Source of the DNA: a virus
Direction: 5' to 3' (one strand)
DNA: 64,000 bases
Virus record (IMG/VR): IMGVR_UViG_3300020159_001918
Span: 8,201 to 72,200 of that record
Position numbers and translations under genes: made by a program. Below are positions 63,914 through 64,000 of this stretch, in pieces (the first letter of the stretch is position 1; every line of letters begins with the position of its first letter). The notes beneath the pieces were generated by a model. It saw only the letters and a list, made by a program, of their open reading frames with translations. It was not told where the DNA came from and did not search any database.

Positions 63914-63930
63914 AAGTTTGAGGAATCACT

Positions 63931-64000
63931 TTGTACATAGCTCATTATAAATCAGTTAATTCAGCCACTGAATTTTATTCAAAAGTTAGAGACACCTTAG
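63931..64000 (+). CDS. Start of a further CDS, truncated by the window edge
   Basis: TTG start after tttgagg; LYIAHYKSVNSATEFYSKVRDTL open to end. Confidence 0.4.
   Translation, partial: MYIAHYKSVNSATEFYSKVRDTL

Noticed and set aside
1-64000. CRISPR arrays, integrase or transposons, anti-phage defence island
   Set aside because: No regularly spaced repeats, recombinase motifs or recognisable defence operon seen by eye.

Overview
This window is a gene-dense, AT-rich phage segment, almost entirely + strand. It runs from tail/baseplate structural genes (about 1-42 kb), through a holin-like gene, to a replication/nucleotide module: adenosylcobalamin-type RNR, ThyX, dCMP deaminase, DnaB-like helicase, AEP-like primase, DnaE polymerase, PD-(D/E)XK nucleases and a sigma-70-like factor. 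The main finding concerns the arginine codon CGG. I read the + strand genes by eye over roughly 20,000 codons and found in-phase CGG 11 times. Every one sits where the reading frame must move by +1 to stay in a long conserved-looking ORF: 1391, 4056, 4305, 16239, 23176, 36770, 60047, 61428, 62270, 62831 and 62961. I saw no in-phase CGG read as an ordinary triplet, while more than 100 out-of-phase CGG trinucleotides (e.g. TTC GGA, ACG GTA) cause no frame change. The effect therefore depends on codon phase, which points to translation rather than assembly or sequencing error. The simplest reading is that CGGN (9x CGGA, 1x CGGT, 1x CGGG) is a four-base codon, or an obligatory +1 recoding site, across this genome. 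Affected genes include DnaE, a sigma factor (two sites), two PD-(D/E)XK nucleases and most of the large virion proteins. I found no tRNA gene in the window, so the decoding tRNA (predicted 8-nt anticodon loop containing UCCG/NCCG) should be sought in the rest of the genome.
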